The position numbers and the translations under genes were made by a program. Below are positions 41,815 to 55,414 of a stretch of 64,000 bases of DNA, one piece after another. Numbering within the stretch: position 1 is the stretch's first letter; each line of letters opens with the position of its first letter. The stretch covers positions 253,142 to 317,141 of the forward strand of contig CT868640.1 of NCBI GenBank assembly GCA_000165425.1, given 5' to 3'. This DNA is from Paramecium tetraurelia (Eukaryota). Below the pieces are notes generated by a model. It was given only the letters and a program-made list of their open reading frames with translations, made no database searches and was not told where the DNA came from.

Positions 41815-42600
41815 GCTAAAGATACGAAAATAGGAGCCTATGGGGTTGTGAGAAAAGTATTTGATAAATAACGATCTAAATCAGTAGGCCTAAAGGGAAT
41901 TAAGCTTAATGATGAAGGTGTTCCTAATAAAACTATGAGAGAAAAAGGTATATTATAAATGTTAAAACATCCAAATATTGTAAAGTAATTTTTAATTTTA
42001 ATAAAGTTTGATTGAAGACAAAGTATTTTATTGAACAAAAGAAGATATTCCTTGTTTTCGAATTGATACAATATGATCTTAGAAAAAAATTTAAATGAAA
42101 ATAAATTAATAGATTTAAATTGGATAAAGCGAATCATAAATCACATAATTTTAGGTTTATCGTATTGTCATGGTAAAAGAGTTTTACATAGAGATCTTTA
42201 ACCAGAGAACTTTTTATTAAATGGGATGACAGTAAAATTGCAAACTTTGGACTGTCTAAAGTGTTTCCAATTTCAATCAAAAAATTTCCATCAGAAGTTT
42301 GTATATAGTATAGAGCCTCAGAAATCCTACTTGGAGATGATAATGAAGTAACTAGTGCTGATATTTGGGCTATTGGTTGCATAATAGCTGAATGTTTAAA
42401 TAGATAACCACTCTTTAGAGGGGATGGCTAAATTTTTATGTCATTTAACATGGAAGTAGCGTATGCAATATTATGTTTAAGTTTCTTGGAACTCCATCTA
42501 ATGATAACTATTTTGGATAATCTAAAATTCCACATTTCAGGTTGAATTTTTCAAAATTTAGAGCCGAAAATCTGACTTCAATTAAACCAATATTTGATAG
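41815..42600 (+). pseudogene. Cyclin-dependent kinase (cdc2-like) pseudogene
   Basis: GAYGVV, DEGVPNKTMRE (PSTAIRE position), LKHPNIV, HRDLQPEN, then a frameshift before IANFGLS (DFG to NFG), [18 protein letters not shown]; no credible start. Confidence 0.85.
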
Positions 42601-43148
42601 AATTTAATATGATGAATTTTAAGAATAGAAAATTTTTAAATATTTTTTATCTAGAATTCGCAACTTTAAATATTGAAAGCAAAATTAGTGTTTTTTCTTT
42701 GAAATTAATTTTGAATCATTCCAATTCAATATTGAAAAATATAAGAAAATACTGTCTCAAAACTCTAATTTTTTAATTTTTTAGTGATTAATATGTTTAT
42801 AAATAATGTATTTTTAATAATTTTTAATGTTATTCCATATTTTGAAAGATTTATTAGAATATTATTGAAAAATACTAACTCAGAAAGAATGAATTCAAAT
42901 ACATTATTGAATTATTTTGTATTATTCCTTTCAAATGGATCAGCATTTAATAATCAAATAGGAATAAACTAAATGATGAAATAAATTTATGTTGAAAAAA
43001 AATAATATAGGCAATTTTGACATTAGATTTGTGTAATGGTTAAATGTAATCAACATAATTATAGAAAATATAAATTTATTATTAATATTATGTATTAAAT
43101 TATCTCTTATTTGAAGATGATAAAAATATAATTTATATTAATATAAAA

Positions 43149-43918
43149 ATGGCCCTAATTCATAATCAAAATGATATGCAAAATATGTTTAGCAAGGCAG
43201 GAAAGATTGCTTCAGAGAAATATATTATATTTAAAGAAAAGAAAAATTTAAAAAATAAACCCAGGTATTTTAATGGGAAATCTTAATCTGTTGCGTCTTC
43301 GGAATATGTGAATCAACAAGCTAATAAGAAAAATGCTAGAAATATCAAGCAAAAATAATAATAAAAGTAAATTACAGAAGCAGAAAAACAATTGTCAAGA
43401 GATTAAATAATTATTTATAAAAAGGAATAATTTGCAACAGATTATCAACCAAATTTTGAGTTTGGTAAAAAGTATATGAATGGATCTATAAATAGATAAT
43501 TACTGAGGAGCACCATTCGATAAATTAAAGAAGAGAAAGGATATAATGACCAAAAAACCTCCTTATAATTACGAAACCTATTTTGAATATGATGTCTATT
43601 TAAAGGATCTAAATAGTAAACTTTTTAGAAATCCTACAGCTCCAAATTTTAAATAAATGTTGGATAAAGTGTAAGATGGAAAATCCCTTTTATTAAGTTT
43701 TATGCAGATAATCATAATTTCGAATTTATAAGAAATATTCAAATACTTGTATGGGCATTACTCATTTACATTGAAAAATGCTTGAAGTTAACAATTTTAG
43801 AGATGGAAGATTTTAAACTGTTACTTCGAGTTTCTTGCCTAGTAAGGTATTTAGGAAAAGGGAATAGTTGGATGAATCAAGTGAAGAGATTGAATAGATG
43901 GAAGAATAGTAGTTATGA
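43149..43918 (+). pseudogene. Pseudogenised hypothetical ciliate protein
   Basis: ATG-led frame that needs a frameshift near 43510, has an intron-like segment with a broken donor (cag ATAATC...ATAAG near 43708-43732) and an in-frame TGA in GITHLH*KMLEVNNFRDGRFQTVTSSF. Confidence 0.6.
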
Positions 43919-44234
43919 TTTAAATTCTTGTATAATTATGTTGAATGAATAAGAATCAAATTTCTTTAAAAATTACTTAAAATTAACAATAAAATTAATA
44001 ATTAAATAACTACCTTAATCCATTTCAATAAGTTAATATTTGTTTATTTTATAAAGTTTTTATATTATTTGATGTATTTTCGTATTTGAATTATAATGGA
44101 ATTATGTAATAGAGTAATTGTTTATTCAAATTGAATCTCTCAACAAAGCATTATGAATTGCAGTATCTTTTTAGACAAGAATATAACTCAACTTTTTAAT
44201 ATACTTCCATTTATCTTTTAATTAGAGAAATTAA

Positions 44235-45006
44235 ATGAATACTCTTATGCCATCAAACCTGAATGACATATGTATCCATCTCTCTGGGATAGCTATTCAT
44301 GTAACTGAATAAATAAAAAACCAAAATGAGTAGATTCAAGGAATGTGCTTAGAAAGGTAAAAAACTATGGAAAAATTGTAAAAACAACTTGAGAAGATGA
44401 ATTAAGTAATTTCTAGGATGTGTGATAAATAACCTCAACAAACATCTGACTAGATTCAAATTCTTAAGAATCAGTAATATAAATATGAACTGTAAATGGA
44501 AGAAGAATTAGAGCTTCCGTGCTACAGAAACAGAATTTTTCAAATCAAACTAAAGCTAGTTTAGAATGAAAAAACAATAATCAATGTGAATAATCTCCTT
44601 GTTGAGTTACAAATGTATGAAAATCAAGTTATTTTAGTTGGACTTACGACAAGATTCCTAAAAAACTCACCCATAACAATAAAAATCAATCAATCTTCAA
44701 AGGATGCTAATAAACTGTAATAAAAAAAGGCTATGGCAAACTTAGCAGGATTCAGATTAAGGAAGTTTCCTCCCATTTTCCAAAAGGGACATTTATGATG
44801 ATGATTATACCAACTGATGACGGGGCCGTTATTGGAGAAGAGAGGTAATAAAATACGATTATTTTAGTAAATTTATCATAAAAAAAGAGTGGATAAAGCC
44901 TCTCATTATAAATGATGTCTCAATAAAGGCAAAAAAGTTTTCTGATAGACATAATCCCTATTATGCCAAGTCTGATGGAACAATTAATATTTTGGAATAG
45001 GAATGA
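44235..45006 (+). CDS. Hypothetical protein: short coiled coil plus beta-rich domain (IQIKEVSSHFPKG...IKPLIINDVSIKAKK)
   Basis: Open code-6 frame with two 23-24-nt GTA..TAG introns, ending in TGA. Confidence 0.75.
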
Positions 45007-45560
45007 TTTCTTTTTATCATAATATTAACAATATAATTATTCAACCATAAAATAATAGAATAGTACTTTAGAAGTATTCACCTTCTAGAAGAACGTGTGA
45101 ATTTCTGCCGTTTTAAAGGTATTATTGTTGAGAATTTTTACCATATATTTATGATTTAGAAGAATATTCTCAACGTAAGCGCTTGACCTACTCTGAAGCC
45201 GACTATTTTGCTCAATAAAGCTGATCATTGAGCCTAATTAAAGTTTAAATTAATATTATGAAATATAGTCATTAATGCGCCTCATATTAAAGTATTCGTT
45301 TTATATTAATTTAGGTTTAATATGATTAAAGCAGGATTCTCTTTATTTTAGGATCAACGATTAATTTATATTCAGTATATTTCAGGATTAGTGTTAAATT
45401 CAGATTAGAAGAAGGAAACGATTTTTGGTGATACTTAATTTTGAGAATTTATTTTATATTAAATTTATTATTTTTTAATATAATAATTAATTTAAAAATT
45501 TTAATTGAACAGAACTTTAAAAGGCACCTGAAATATTTCATTTATTTTATTAAAAAATAA

Positions 45561-48500
45561 ATGGAAGATAAAATAAATAAACTTTTTGCTTTATTCAATG
45601 ATTTCAAGAATCAGCAACTCTTTAGCTTGGCTTTGGCTCAAATAGTGAATGTGTATAATGATTACCCTGCCTGTTTGTATTAAATATTAAGAAAAACAAA
45701 CAAATTAATATATTCAAGAGCCCAAGATCCTCGTCTTCGTTTAGAGCATTCTCAAATTGCTGCTGCAATTATTGAAAGAACATACAAGATCTACAAGTAA
45801 TTTGATTGTTATTCAATGTAGTGAACGACTTGAAGAATATTTGTTATCATCATCTAATGACTCTATCCCTGAAAACTTGTTTCATTTTGAACCAATATTG
45901 GATCAATAAGCAGAGGATGCTATGCAGTAAGAGTAAATTCGTGATTATGAAGAGATCAAATCAAATATTAAGCTAAAGAGTGAATAAATTGATTTCATCC
46001 ATCTGATCAACGACGGGAGTGCAATTCTCGGAAAAGACATGAAATACTTAAAAAGATCACAAGAGAATAAAAATTAGAAGTTAGATGATGAAACCCTTGA
46101 CATAAGATAAGAGGAAATCATGAGATTGATGGGTTTGTCTGGCAATTTTAATTTGTCAAATGTCACCCGATTATTGGAATTTATGTAAGGAGATGCAGAG
46201 ATACCCATAGATATGAATTCATCCTCCGATGAGATTGTAGAAAGTTCTAGTGATGACGATGCAGTAGGTTAATATAAGAAGAAAAGTAAGACCAAAGGTA
46301 AATTACCAGAAACTAATCTCAAAAAGAAACCATCTGCTCAAAAGAAGAATCAAACTACAAAGTATTGTGTAATAAACCCTTTTAATGTGATTTACAATAG
46401 AGCAGTCTATGAATTGATGAATCATAAATGGTAAGAAAGACATGCAAGTGCTCTGGTTTTGAAATCTATTGTTAGGCAAAAAGGATTTTTAAATTTGGGA
46501 TTCAGCTATTTGATCAAAGGTGATGAAAAGGAGATTAATGGCATTTTGAGAGCCAGTCTAATCGAATACATAAGTGATAAGAATGGATAATTAAACAAAT
46601 TAGAATATTTATTGACTAGATGCTGTGTATTAATTGTGATGGATCGATTTGCAGACTACTTTGGAAATTAAACAATCATGATTGTAAGAGAAGCAGCCTG
46701 TTAAACTGCTATTACACTTTTAACAGATAGGAATTACAATACTAATATTTGGATTCATTATCCCGATAGTTTTATGAAATTTGTGCTGTTATTGAAAGAT
46801 TTCATCGAAGAGGGATAGAGAGTGTAAATATATGAAGTCTCTTAAAGTGCTCTATTCTTAGTCAAAGGTTTATTGAAGGATCATCTGTAAGTGATTTTTG
46901 ATAATTTTTCAGAAATGCTGTTGTAGGTAGGTTAGAGAGATAATGAAGATGAGATTTTAGAATTATTGGCAGATATATGGAAGGAATTCCTATCATTAGG
47001 TTTGAATTAGAAATATTATAATACTGTCTATACAATTACAATGGAATAACTAAAGAAACAGGATGACATCAGTTTTGCTGGAAAATCTATATTCTAATTT
47101 TTAAGTGCACTATTTCAAATAGGTTTCAAAATACAGAAATAATTTTAAGGAGAAATAGAAAATTTAAAAAAGTTCTTCTTTCATAGAATTGTAGAAGTCA
47201 AAGAATAATTTTATAAATATTTATTGGCTTTTTCAAAGTAGCAAGCAACAAAATAAGTTGATGCTAGAACAATAAATTTTATGAAAATCATATTTTAGAC
47301 TGGAGTCTTTGAAGAGAAATTCGAGACCTTCTAAACATTAATGAATATCTTGGAACAATTATCCAAACATTTAGAGGAAGAATAACTCTATGAATTTATC
47401 TAATTTGTTCACAATTTCTCTACTGATCATCAATTTAAGAAATACTTTTATCTGTTTGATGGAATGAAAAGAGAATCTATAGATATTCATTATCCAAACT
47501 TGGCTCAACAAACTTCAAATCCCATCGACAATTAGACATTTAGAATGATTAAGACTGCTTATTTGATCAAAGATATTAATTATAACCATTAATTAACAGT
47601 TGATTTGGATCCAATTAACTTTATTTACACTTTCAGGAATTATATAAATAATAGAAAGGAATTAAATTTAGAAGTTGATAGTACACGTCAGAATGGATGT
47701 TGCTTTGATGATTTGGATCTCAAGATTCAGGTTTCGATGCAATAATTGAATGTGTTATTGAAAAACTATATGCAAATCGAAAAAGAACAGGAATACTTAG
47801 CTATCATATAAGGATTTGTCAAAATATATGGAGACTTTGCAATAGCTCCAGCTCATTCACCAAAGCTTAGATAATTGTATCCTGTTATCTTAAATTAACT
47901 TAAGCAGTTGAGTTCAATTGACTACGAAATGGATTAAGAATCAATTTAGAAATTATAAGATACTACTTCAGATTTGGTTTAGAACCTGTAGGCTTTTACA
48001 AAGTTGAGCAATGAACTAAACTTGAACTTCAAGGTGTTAACTACAGATCACACTGAATCATTAATTCAAAGAATAAGGTAAAGTTTTAATTTATTTAAGA
48101 ATAGACAAATTTCATTTAATACAGGATATTGCATCAGAAAGATTATCCAAATAAATGTCTTTAAATCCAAACTGTTGTGATTTAACATCCCTTTATGTTA
48201 AATAAAGTACATAATAAACAGTCTAGTATATACTATCTTCTAAGAATGAATTGAAAAGTATTATATTTGATTATGTTTTTTAGGAAAGGATTATGGTAGA
48301 AAAAGATTAATTTGGCATTTGCTAAGAAATTAAGTAGATTTCTAATCTTGGCATCTCTTTTTTGAGAGACTCTTCTTATAGCAATTGAATTATATTCCTA
48401 GTGATTTAAGATTTAATTAAACTCTAATGACTTAAACATCTAAATTAACTATAAGAGTAGAAGATTTGAAATATAACTTATGGGGGATAGGTCTGATTTA

Positions 48501-50887
48501 AAATGCCTATTCATTATTTTTGTAGAATCCAGAACATTCTGATTTCGACAAATGGGCCTAATATCTCTTATCAAAACTATTAAATTATTTGCCAGTATTA
48601 AGCAATATAACTGATGACGATAATAATAAAATTATTTTAGATGATCTGAAGGGTGGAATATTATTAGAATTTGATTAAACCTTTAAAAAGGTGGTTGTAT
48701 TGAAAAACACTTTACTTAAACTTTGTGCTAAGTTTATTCATTTTCTGTCAGTCTCAAAGAATATTAGTGTATTTGATCAAGTGATAATGCAAATAAATTA
48801 ACTGATAAAGAGGAATGAAAATGGAATGTATGAGATTCTGAATATCATTTTGAAAGAATTTCCAATATCATTAGCACCAATAAGTGGGTTTTTAACTTTG
48901 AAAGCTATCAAAAAATTAACAGCAAAAGATCCAAATACAGCATAAGCAGCAAGCAAATTATTTGGATTTCTAGTGCCCATCTTGACTATCATGGATGTGC
49001 CATATTCTCCAATATCACCATCTTTAATTAATAAATTTTAAAAGGCGAAGGAATTTCAATTAGGATTTGGGAAGATGACTAAAGTGGATTATAAGGTAGA
49101 AGGTGGAATCAAGGATCGTAGTATTTTAAGAGATTATTAATGGGATGGTATTAGATGGTTAGGATTCTTGATTAAGTACAATTTGCATGCAGCTTTATGT
49201 GATGATATGGGATTAGGAAAAACCATTTAAACTTTGGTAGTTTTAGCAAATGAAGTATTTAAAAGAAAAAATGAAAATTTGGTTTCCCTTGTTGTTGCTC
49301 CCAGTACTGTAGTCGACCATTGGTATGCAGAAACTAAAAAGTATATAAGTAATGCTGTTTTGAAACCTCATATTTATGATGGAGTCTTCCAAGGCAATCT
49401 TATTATGGTGTCTTACAATTAATTACTAAAGCTAAATCAAAATTTTCTTAATTAAGAATTTTATTTCCTTATCTTAGATGAGGCCCATATTTTAAAGAAT
49501 AGTAAAAATAAGACCAGCAGAGTCATAAGGAGCTTAAAAGCAAAACACAAGATTGTTTTGTCTGGAACACCAGTTCAGAATCACCTTTTGGAATTGTGGT
49601 CACTTTTTGATATTTTATTGCCTAATTATTTGGGTGATGAAGAGTACTTTAAACGAAATTTCTCTAAGGCTTTTCATACAAATATCTTCTCATTAACTGA
49701 AGATGAAATTTTATTTGATGAATAACAAATTAAGACATTAAGATTGTTGCACAAAAAGGTGTTACCTTTTATAATGAGAAGAACTAAATAAGATGTGTTA
49801 CCTTAATTACCAGCTAAAATTATAGGAGATTATTATTGTACTCTATCAGAACCTTTACAATCATAAATTTATTAAATTTTAGAATCAAATTCTTTTTCTA
49901 CTGATATTGAATAATAGATCACTAAGACTTAAGGAGAATAAAAAAACAAAGTTTGTGAATCTGTTCTTAAATTATTGCATAAATTGAGATAAGCCTTAGA
50001 TCATCCAATATTGGTCAGAAGTGTAATTTTACCTAATAAAAGACCAAAGAAAAAGGTAAAAACAGAAAATATAGAGATTATGGCTGAATAAGAGATAAAT
50101 TAATTGTTAGATAAATAGGAGAAACCTGAAAGCTATTCTCATTCAGGTAAGATGATAGCTTTGAAAGATATATTACAATAATTGGGATTTCAATCAACAG
50201 ATGATGTTCCTTAACAATAGACCCAAAGCGACTAAATAACAATTTACACAAATTTTAATAAGGTTTTAGTTTTTTCCAGGTTCAGAGCTGCTCTATAACT
50301 AATTGCTGAGTAATTATTGAAGGCTTAGTTTCCAGGATTATAATATTTAATTTTAGATGGAAGTGTTCCATAAAATTAGAGATACCCTTTGGTTACCAAA
50401 TTTAATGAAGATCCAGATATTCGGGTGTTACTTCTTACTACTTAAGTAGGTGGGTTGGGATTGAATTTAAGTTCAGCAAATATTGTGATTATGTTCGATC
50501 ATGACTATAATCCTGTGAATGATCAATAGGCTATGGATAGGGCTCATAGAATAGGATAAAAGAATGTTGTTTAGGTCTTTAGATTGATTGTCAAGGACAC
50601 CTTGGAAGAGAAGATCATGGGAATCCAAAGATTTAAATCGGCAATATCTAAGGCTATTGTGAATTAAGACAATGCATCCTTGAAATAGATGGAAAAAACA
50701 GACTTATTATCGATGTTAGAGTCCACTTCTTAAGGAAACAATAAAGGTATTTTATGTATTTTTAAATTTAATAGAGAAAAATTCTGAAGAGGAACAAATT
50801 GAGAAATTAAGTGGCCCATATTCAAAGATTTTAGGATAACTTAAATTGGATCTATTAGAATAACTTAATTTTGACAAAGAGTATTGA
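45561..50887 (+). CDS. MOT1: Mot1/BTAF1 SNF2-family TBP-remodelling ATPase
   Basis: N-terminal HEAT motifs (WQERHASALVL, MDRFADYFGNQ..VREAACQ); SNF2 motifs LRDYQWDGIRWL..YNLHAALCDDMGLGKT, ILDEAHILKN, LSGTPVQN, LLTTQVGGLGLNL, QAMDRAHRIGQK. Confidence 0.93.
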
Positions 50888-51239
50888 TATTCTACATTAA
50901 TTGTATGTTTCATAACCTTAATCATAAATTTTCTCCTATTCTTTTAAGAGTTCTCATTGGAGCATTCATTTTACCCAAATTCTATTTTTGTTCATTATTA
51001 ATTTAAGTATAATTGTTTAAATACAATTAAGAATTTTCTAAATTAAACAACTCATTTATTTCATTTTTCTCATTCTAAATCTCCTTAATTTTTTGGTGAA
51101 AGTATCACAAAATCCATATAATTACGATGTTTGAGTGTCAGAAACAATTGGAATTTAATGTTTGATTTTTATATAGTGATTTCGCATTAATGTTACTAAA
51201 TATATATATTTAATATTTATTTGATCTTAAATATAGAGG

Positions 51240-52442
51240 ATGCTAGAATAATCTGGTCATACGAAAGCCCATTCGGAGTGTTTTTAGACTGTTTTTGAAT
51301 CTGATATAGAAAGTGTGCAAAAGTTTAACTTAAATCTAACAAATAGAAGACCTAAATCAAGTTCTTAGGATAACTATAAAAAATTATTTGAGATAGTTAA
51401 AGATTGCTCTAATTCTAAATTACAACAAGCGCATTCAGATGAAATTCCAGAATTCGATTCTTTGGAGGATTCATGCTAGATTCGGCCTTCTCTGTGTACA
51501 AATAAATCAAGCAAACAAAGCTAAGAACGGGAAGAGAAATTATTCGAAAAAGAATTAATACAGCCTTTGAATGAAGAGGATTATTAATTAATAGCAAAGA
51601 GTGAAAGGGAACAGTGTAAATTGCCTTCGATTGTCATGAAAAATGGAGGATGTTACACTGGATACTGGTACAAAAAAAAACCTTAGGGCTAGGGAGAATA
51701 CAAATTTGCAGATTCAAGCAGATACTAGGGTGAAGTAACATCATTAATATTCAATTTAGTGGTCAAATGGATATGCAAGTGGAAAAGGCAAATTTTTTGA
51801 TGCGGAGGGTGGATATTATTGTGGAGATTTCCATTTAAATTACATGCAAGGGAAGGGAGTGTATAATTATTCAGATGGATCCATCTATGATGGTATTTGA
51901 AATTTTAAATGTTTTTCAGGACAATGGTCGAATGACAAGTACAATGGATTTGGTATTGAAGTAAAAGGTGATTCTCATTATAAAGGTATCTTCTGCTATT
52001 ATGTATAGGTTAATTTCGTAATGGTTTAAAACATGGTCATGGAATCTTGATTTTTGGCAATAAAGAGAAATATGAGGGTGCGTTCATAAATGGTTAATTT
52101 GAAGGGAAGGGAACATTTGTAGTTTTTGATATAATATTAAAAGATGTGGCCAGATGGAAGAAGATATCAAGGAGATTGGAAAAATGGAATGATGCATGGT
52201 CAAGGAATATTGTCATGGTCTGACGGTACTATTCCATTATTAAGAGTTTAGGTCGAGTTTATGTTGGCTAATATGTAAAGGATAAGAGATAAGGTTTCGG
52301 AACATTTCAATTTGCTGATGGTCGAAAATACTCTGGGTAATGGATGAACGGTTTGTAACATGGAACTGGGGAGTTTACGGAGTAACATAATTAAATTACA
52401 AAGGGAGTATGGAGAGAAGGTAAATTATTTTCTCTTATTTGA
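51240..52442 (+). CDS. MORN-repeat protein
   Basis: Repeated Y-x-G-x-W/F..G..HG.G units (YTGYWYKKKPQGQG, YEGAFINGQFEGKG, YQGDWKNGMMHGQG); about five short introns. Confidence 0.92.
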
Positions 52443-52464
52443 TTAAATAATACTAATATATTTC

Positions 52465-53866
52465 TCATAATTTTGCTTAAGAATATTTGGCAAAGTTTTC
52501 TGGGGTTGGAGCTGGAAAAAGGCTTGGTGTAAAAAGGGTTCTATGTAATAATAAAGGAAAAATATTACGCTTTTTTCATATTGCCTTTAATTTTCATAAT
52601 ACCTTTCAAGAAAGCTTCGTTTGCTTGTAATTTACCCTAACATACTCTCTCAAACTCATCATCAATCATATTGAATGTGGCATCAGCCTATTCCTTGCCT
52701 TCCTTGATGGATCCTTGGCCATTCTTCAAATCAATTACCCAAGATTTAATTACTGGACCTCCTTTTTAAAGAATTATTTCAAAATTGAACACTCCTTAAA
52801 CTTTTGGAATTAAGTCTTTTCCTTCTCCTCTGTCTAAAAATGCCCTCATTAAATTGAATATTTTCTCTGCCTTCAAGGTTACGTTGGTTGGTTAAGCGTT
52901 CTATGATGGACTTGTTGATTTAGTTTTGCCCTCCTTTTATTACTTGACGAACTCTTCCTTGTTGAAGAATATCTCAAATATTTCAGAGGAAGTTTAAGGA
53001 TGATAGACAACACTACCAAATCCTGATACCTCATCCCATTTCTCCTTAACATCTTCAGGAGTAAAGGGAGTATCGAAGAAATATCCTTAGTTTCTTTACC
53101 ATCTCAATTTTGAAATATAACCAGCTCCTAATTCAAAAACTGATCCTGTTTCTTTGCAATCCTCATGGGACAACCATGCTACAAGTGGTACAATGTAATC
53201 TGGTTTAAGACTGGAAAGAACTTCCTTGCTCATCACAGTTTCAGTAAGTCGACTTGCAGCAACAGGGCAAATAGAATTTACAAATATATTTCTTTTTAAG
53301 CCTTCTCTTGAGAGTGCAAGGGTTAATCCATGGGTAGCCAATTTGGCTGTGCTGTAATTGGTTTATCCAAACACTCCATACAATCCTGATGCTGAGGATG
53401 TATTGATTATTCTTCCATATTTCTATTCTCTCATATATGGCCATGCTGCTTTTGAACATGCGTAAGTTCCCTTAAGATGAACCTAAGGCTTTAATTAAAT
53501 AAATACCTTGTAAATGAGATCCCAATCCTCGTCTTTCATTTTTTCGAATGAAACATCTCTTAGGATCCCTGCATTATTAATTAAAATATCGATTTTGCCA
53601 AATGTCTTTATTGCAGTTTCAATTATTCTCTCACCAAACTCAACGCTGTCATAATTTGCAACTGCAATTCCTCCAGCAGCCTTTATTTCCTCAACAACCT
53701 TATCAGCTGCTGAAGAGGAAGCTCCTGTTCCCTTCATAGAACCACCTAAGTCGTTGACCACTACCTTTGCTCCCCTTTTTCCATAGAACAGAGCGTATTC
53801 TTTGCCCAAACCATTACCTGCTCCAGTGATCACTACGACCTTTCCGTCAAATCTTAATGAACTCAT
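52465..53866 (-). CDS. Peroxisomal MFE-2/HSD17B4-type (3R)-hydroxyacyl-CoA dehydrogenase fused to SCP2, no hydratase domain
   Basis: [34 protein letters not shown] (YxxxK), then SCP2 ([28 protein letters not shown]) and C-terminal PTS1 -AKL; two short introns. Confidence 0.93.
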
Positions 53867-53975
53867 ATTTATTTAATGTAATTTGAATTCTAGGAGAGAT
53901 CGAGTAATATATAGATTCCCAATAGAAATCGTGCGTCATTTCTTTAGTAATGATTCAATTATTTTATCATATATA

Positions 53976-54583
53976 ATGGAAAAAATTAATAACCAAAATG
54001 TATTATGTCAAATGGTTCTTTAGCATATAATAAATCATAAAGCCAACCCCGGCGTTCTGAATTATAGAGAATCGATTATAAACCTCTTGTTTTCTAAGAG
54101 AGATCAGTTCGATTTATTTGATACTTTCACTAAGACTTTTCATTATTAGTTGAGATAATATTCAAATATAAATATCAGCAATATCCATTACTAAGCGAGA
54201 TACTAATATTTGTTGAATTAGAAGTGATAAATAATCTTATCGAAATGTAACAAAGTAATTAAAAAACTGTGCCCCATTTAATTGCGTTTTTTTAACTATT
54301 TGCAGATACTTTATTAAGAGATTTATAAAGTGCAATTCATTAATATATTAAATGCTTTTAGATTTCTAAATCTACTACTTTTTGGCACTATTTCTAGTTT
54401 GAATAAGGTAACATTCTTATAAGGTATTACTATAATTGGAAGTTAGAAAGTGTAGATATCAAAAAAATCAAGAATGTTAAGTTTAGTCTAAGAGAAGAAT
54501 AGTCTCCTTAAGACATAAGAAGAATAGGACACAACTTCATATTATATTATGTCTACAATTTGAGTGGATTGAGTGTGAAATGA
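53976..54583 (+). pseudogene. Possible decayed or frameshifted hypothetical gene
   Basis: ATG-led protein-like frame that needs frame changes not explained by GT-AG introns. Confidence 0.3.
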
Positions 54584-54633
54584 TTACATTTTTATAAGTC
54601 TCTAAATTAATAATATATATTGTTTAGATTAAA

Positions 54634-55389
54634 ATGAAAAGTTCAAGGAAATCACCTCAAAAGATGAAAGCCTTTAACATACTTCATCTTGAACATGTGG
54701 CAAATCGAATTGATCAATTGCTCAATCCTACTTAAAAAGAGTAATTTACTTAGATAAGACAAATCTAACCAGGAATCAAATTTGTCATTAACAATAAATT
54801 GACTGCCTATAAGTAAAAGCAATCAGTTTTTGATTAAATATAATCATCTCGATCCAGTATAATTCAAACTCAAGACAGATAAAGAAGGTAGAACAACAAC
54901 TCTTCAAAAAGTTCATCATTTTTGGAAAAAAAAATAAATTAATTAAAAAAAGAACTAGGCGATTTATAAAAAGCCAGACTATTAGAAAAAACTAAACCAA
55001 TGTATTCTATTCACAAGATGGCCCTTCAAAACAATCTATAAGAAATCCCTTAGGAATAAAAATTGTTGATTATAGACAAGAAACCATAGTCAGCCAGAAA
55101 AATAATCGATAAATCTATTGAAGAATAGAATGGTCCCTACAAGAAGAAGTCTTAATAGCATATGTTTTTTTAGAACATAGCTATCGAAAACTCATTGAAT
55201 AATATAGATATCAGTATTCCTACGCCAGAAATAAAAGCAAAAACGAGGGTAGTTCCTTCACAATAAAGGAGTGTCAGCCAAGGATTAATAACAAAATAAA
55301 AGAGGCCAATAAAGATGTGTAACAATGATCTTATTGAATTCAAAGGTTGGGATGTCGAAGAAGAAGATGATTACTTAAGATTAGGATGA
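54634..55389 (+). CDS. Hypothetical basic low-complexity protein
   Basis: Intronless 251-aa code-6 ORF, MKSSRKSPQKMKAFNILHLEH...FKGWDVEEEDDYLRLG*. Confidence 0.75.
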
Positions 55390-55414
55390 ATTTTAATATT
55401 ATTTTTTTTAAATA

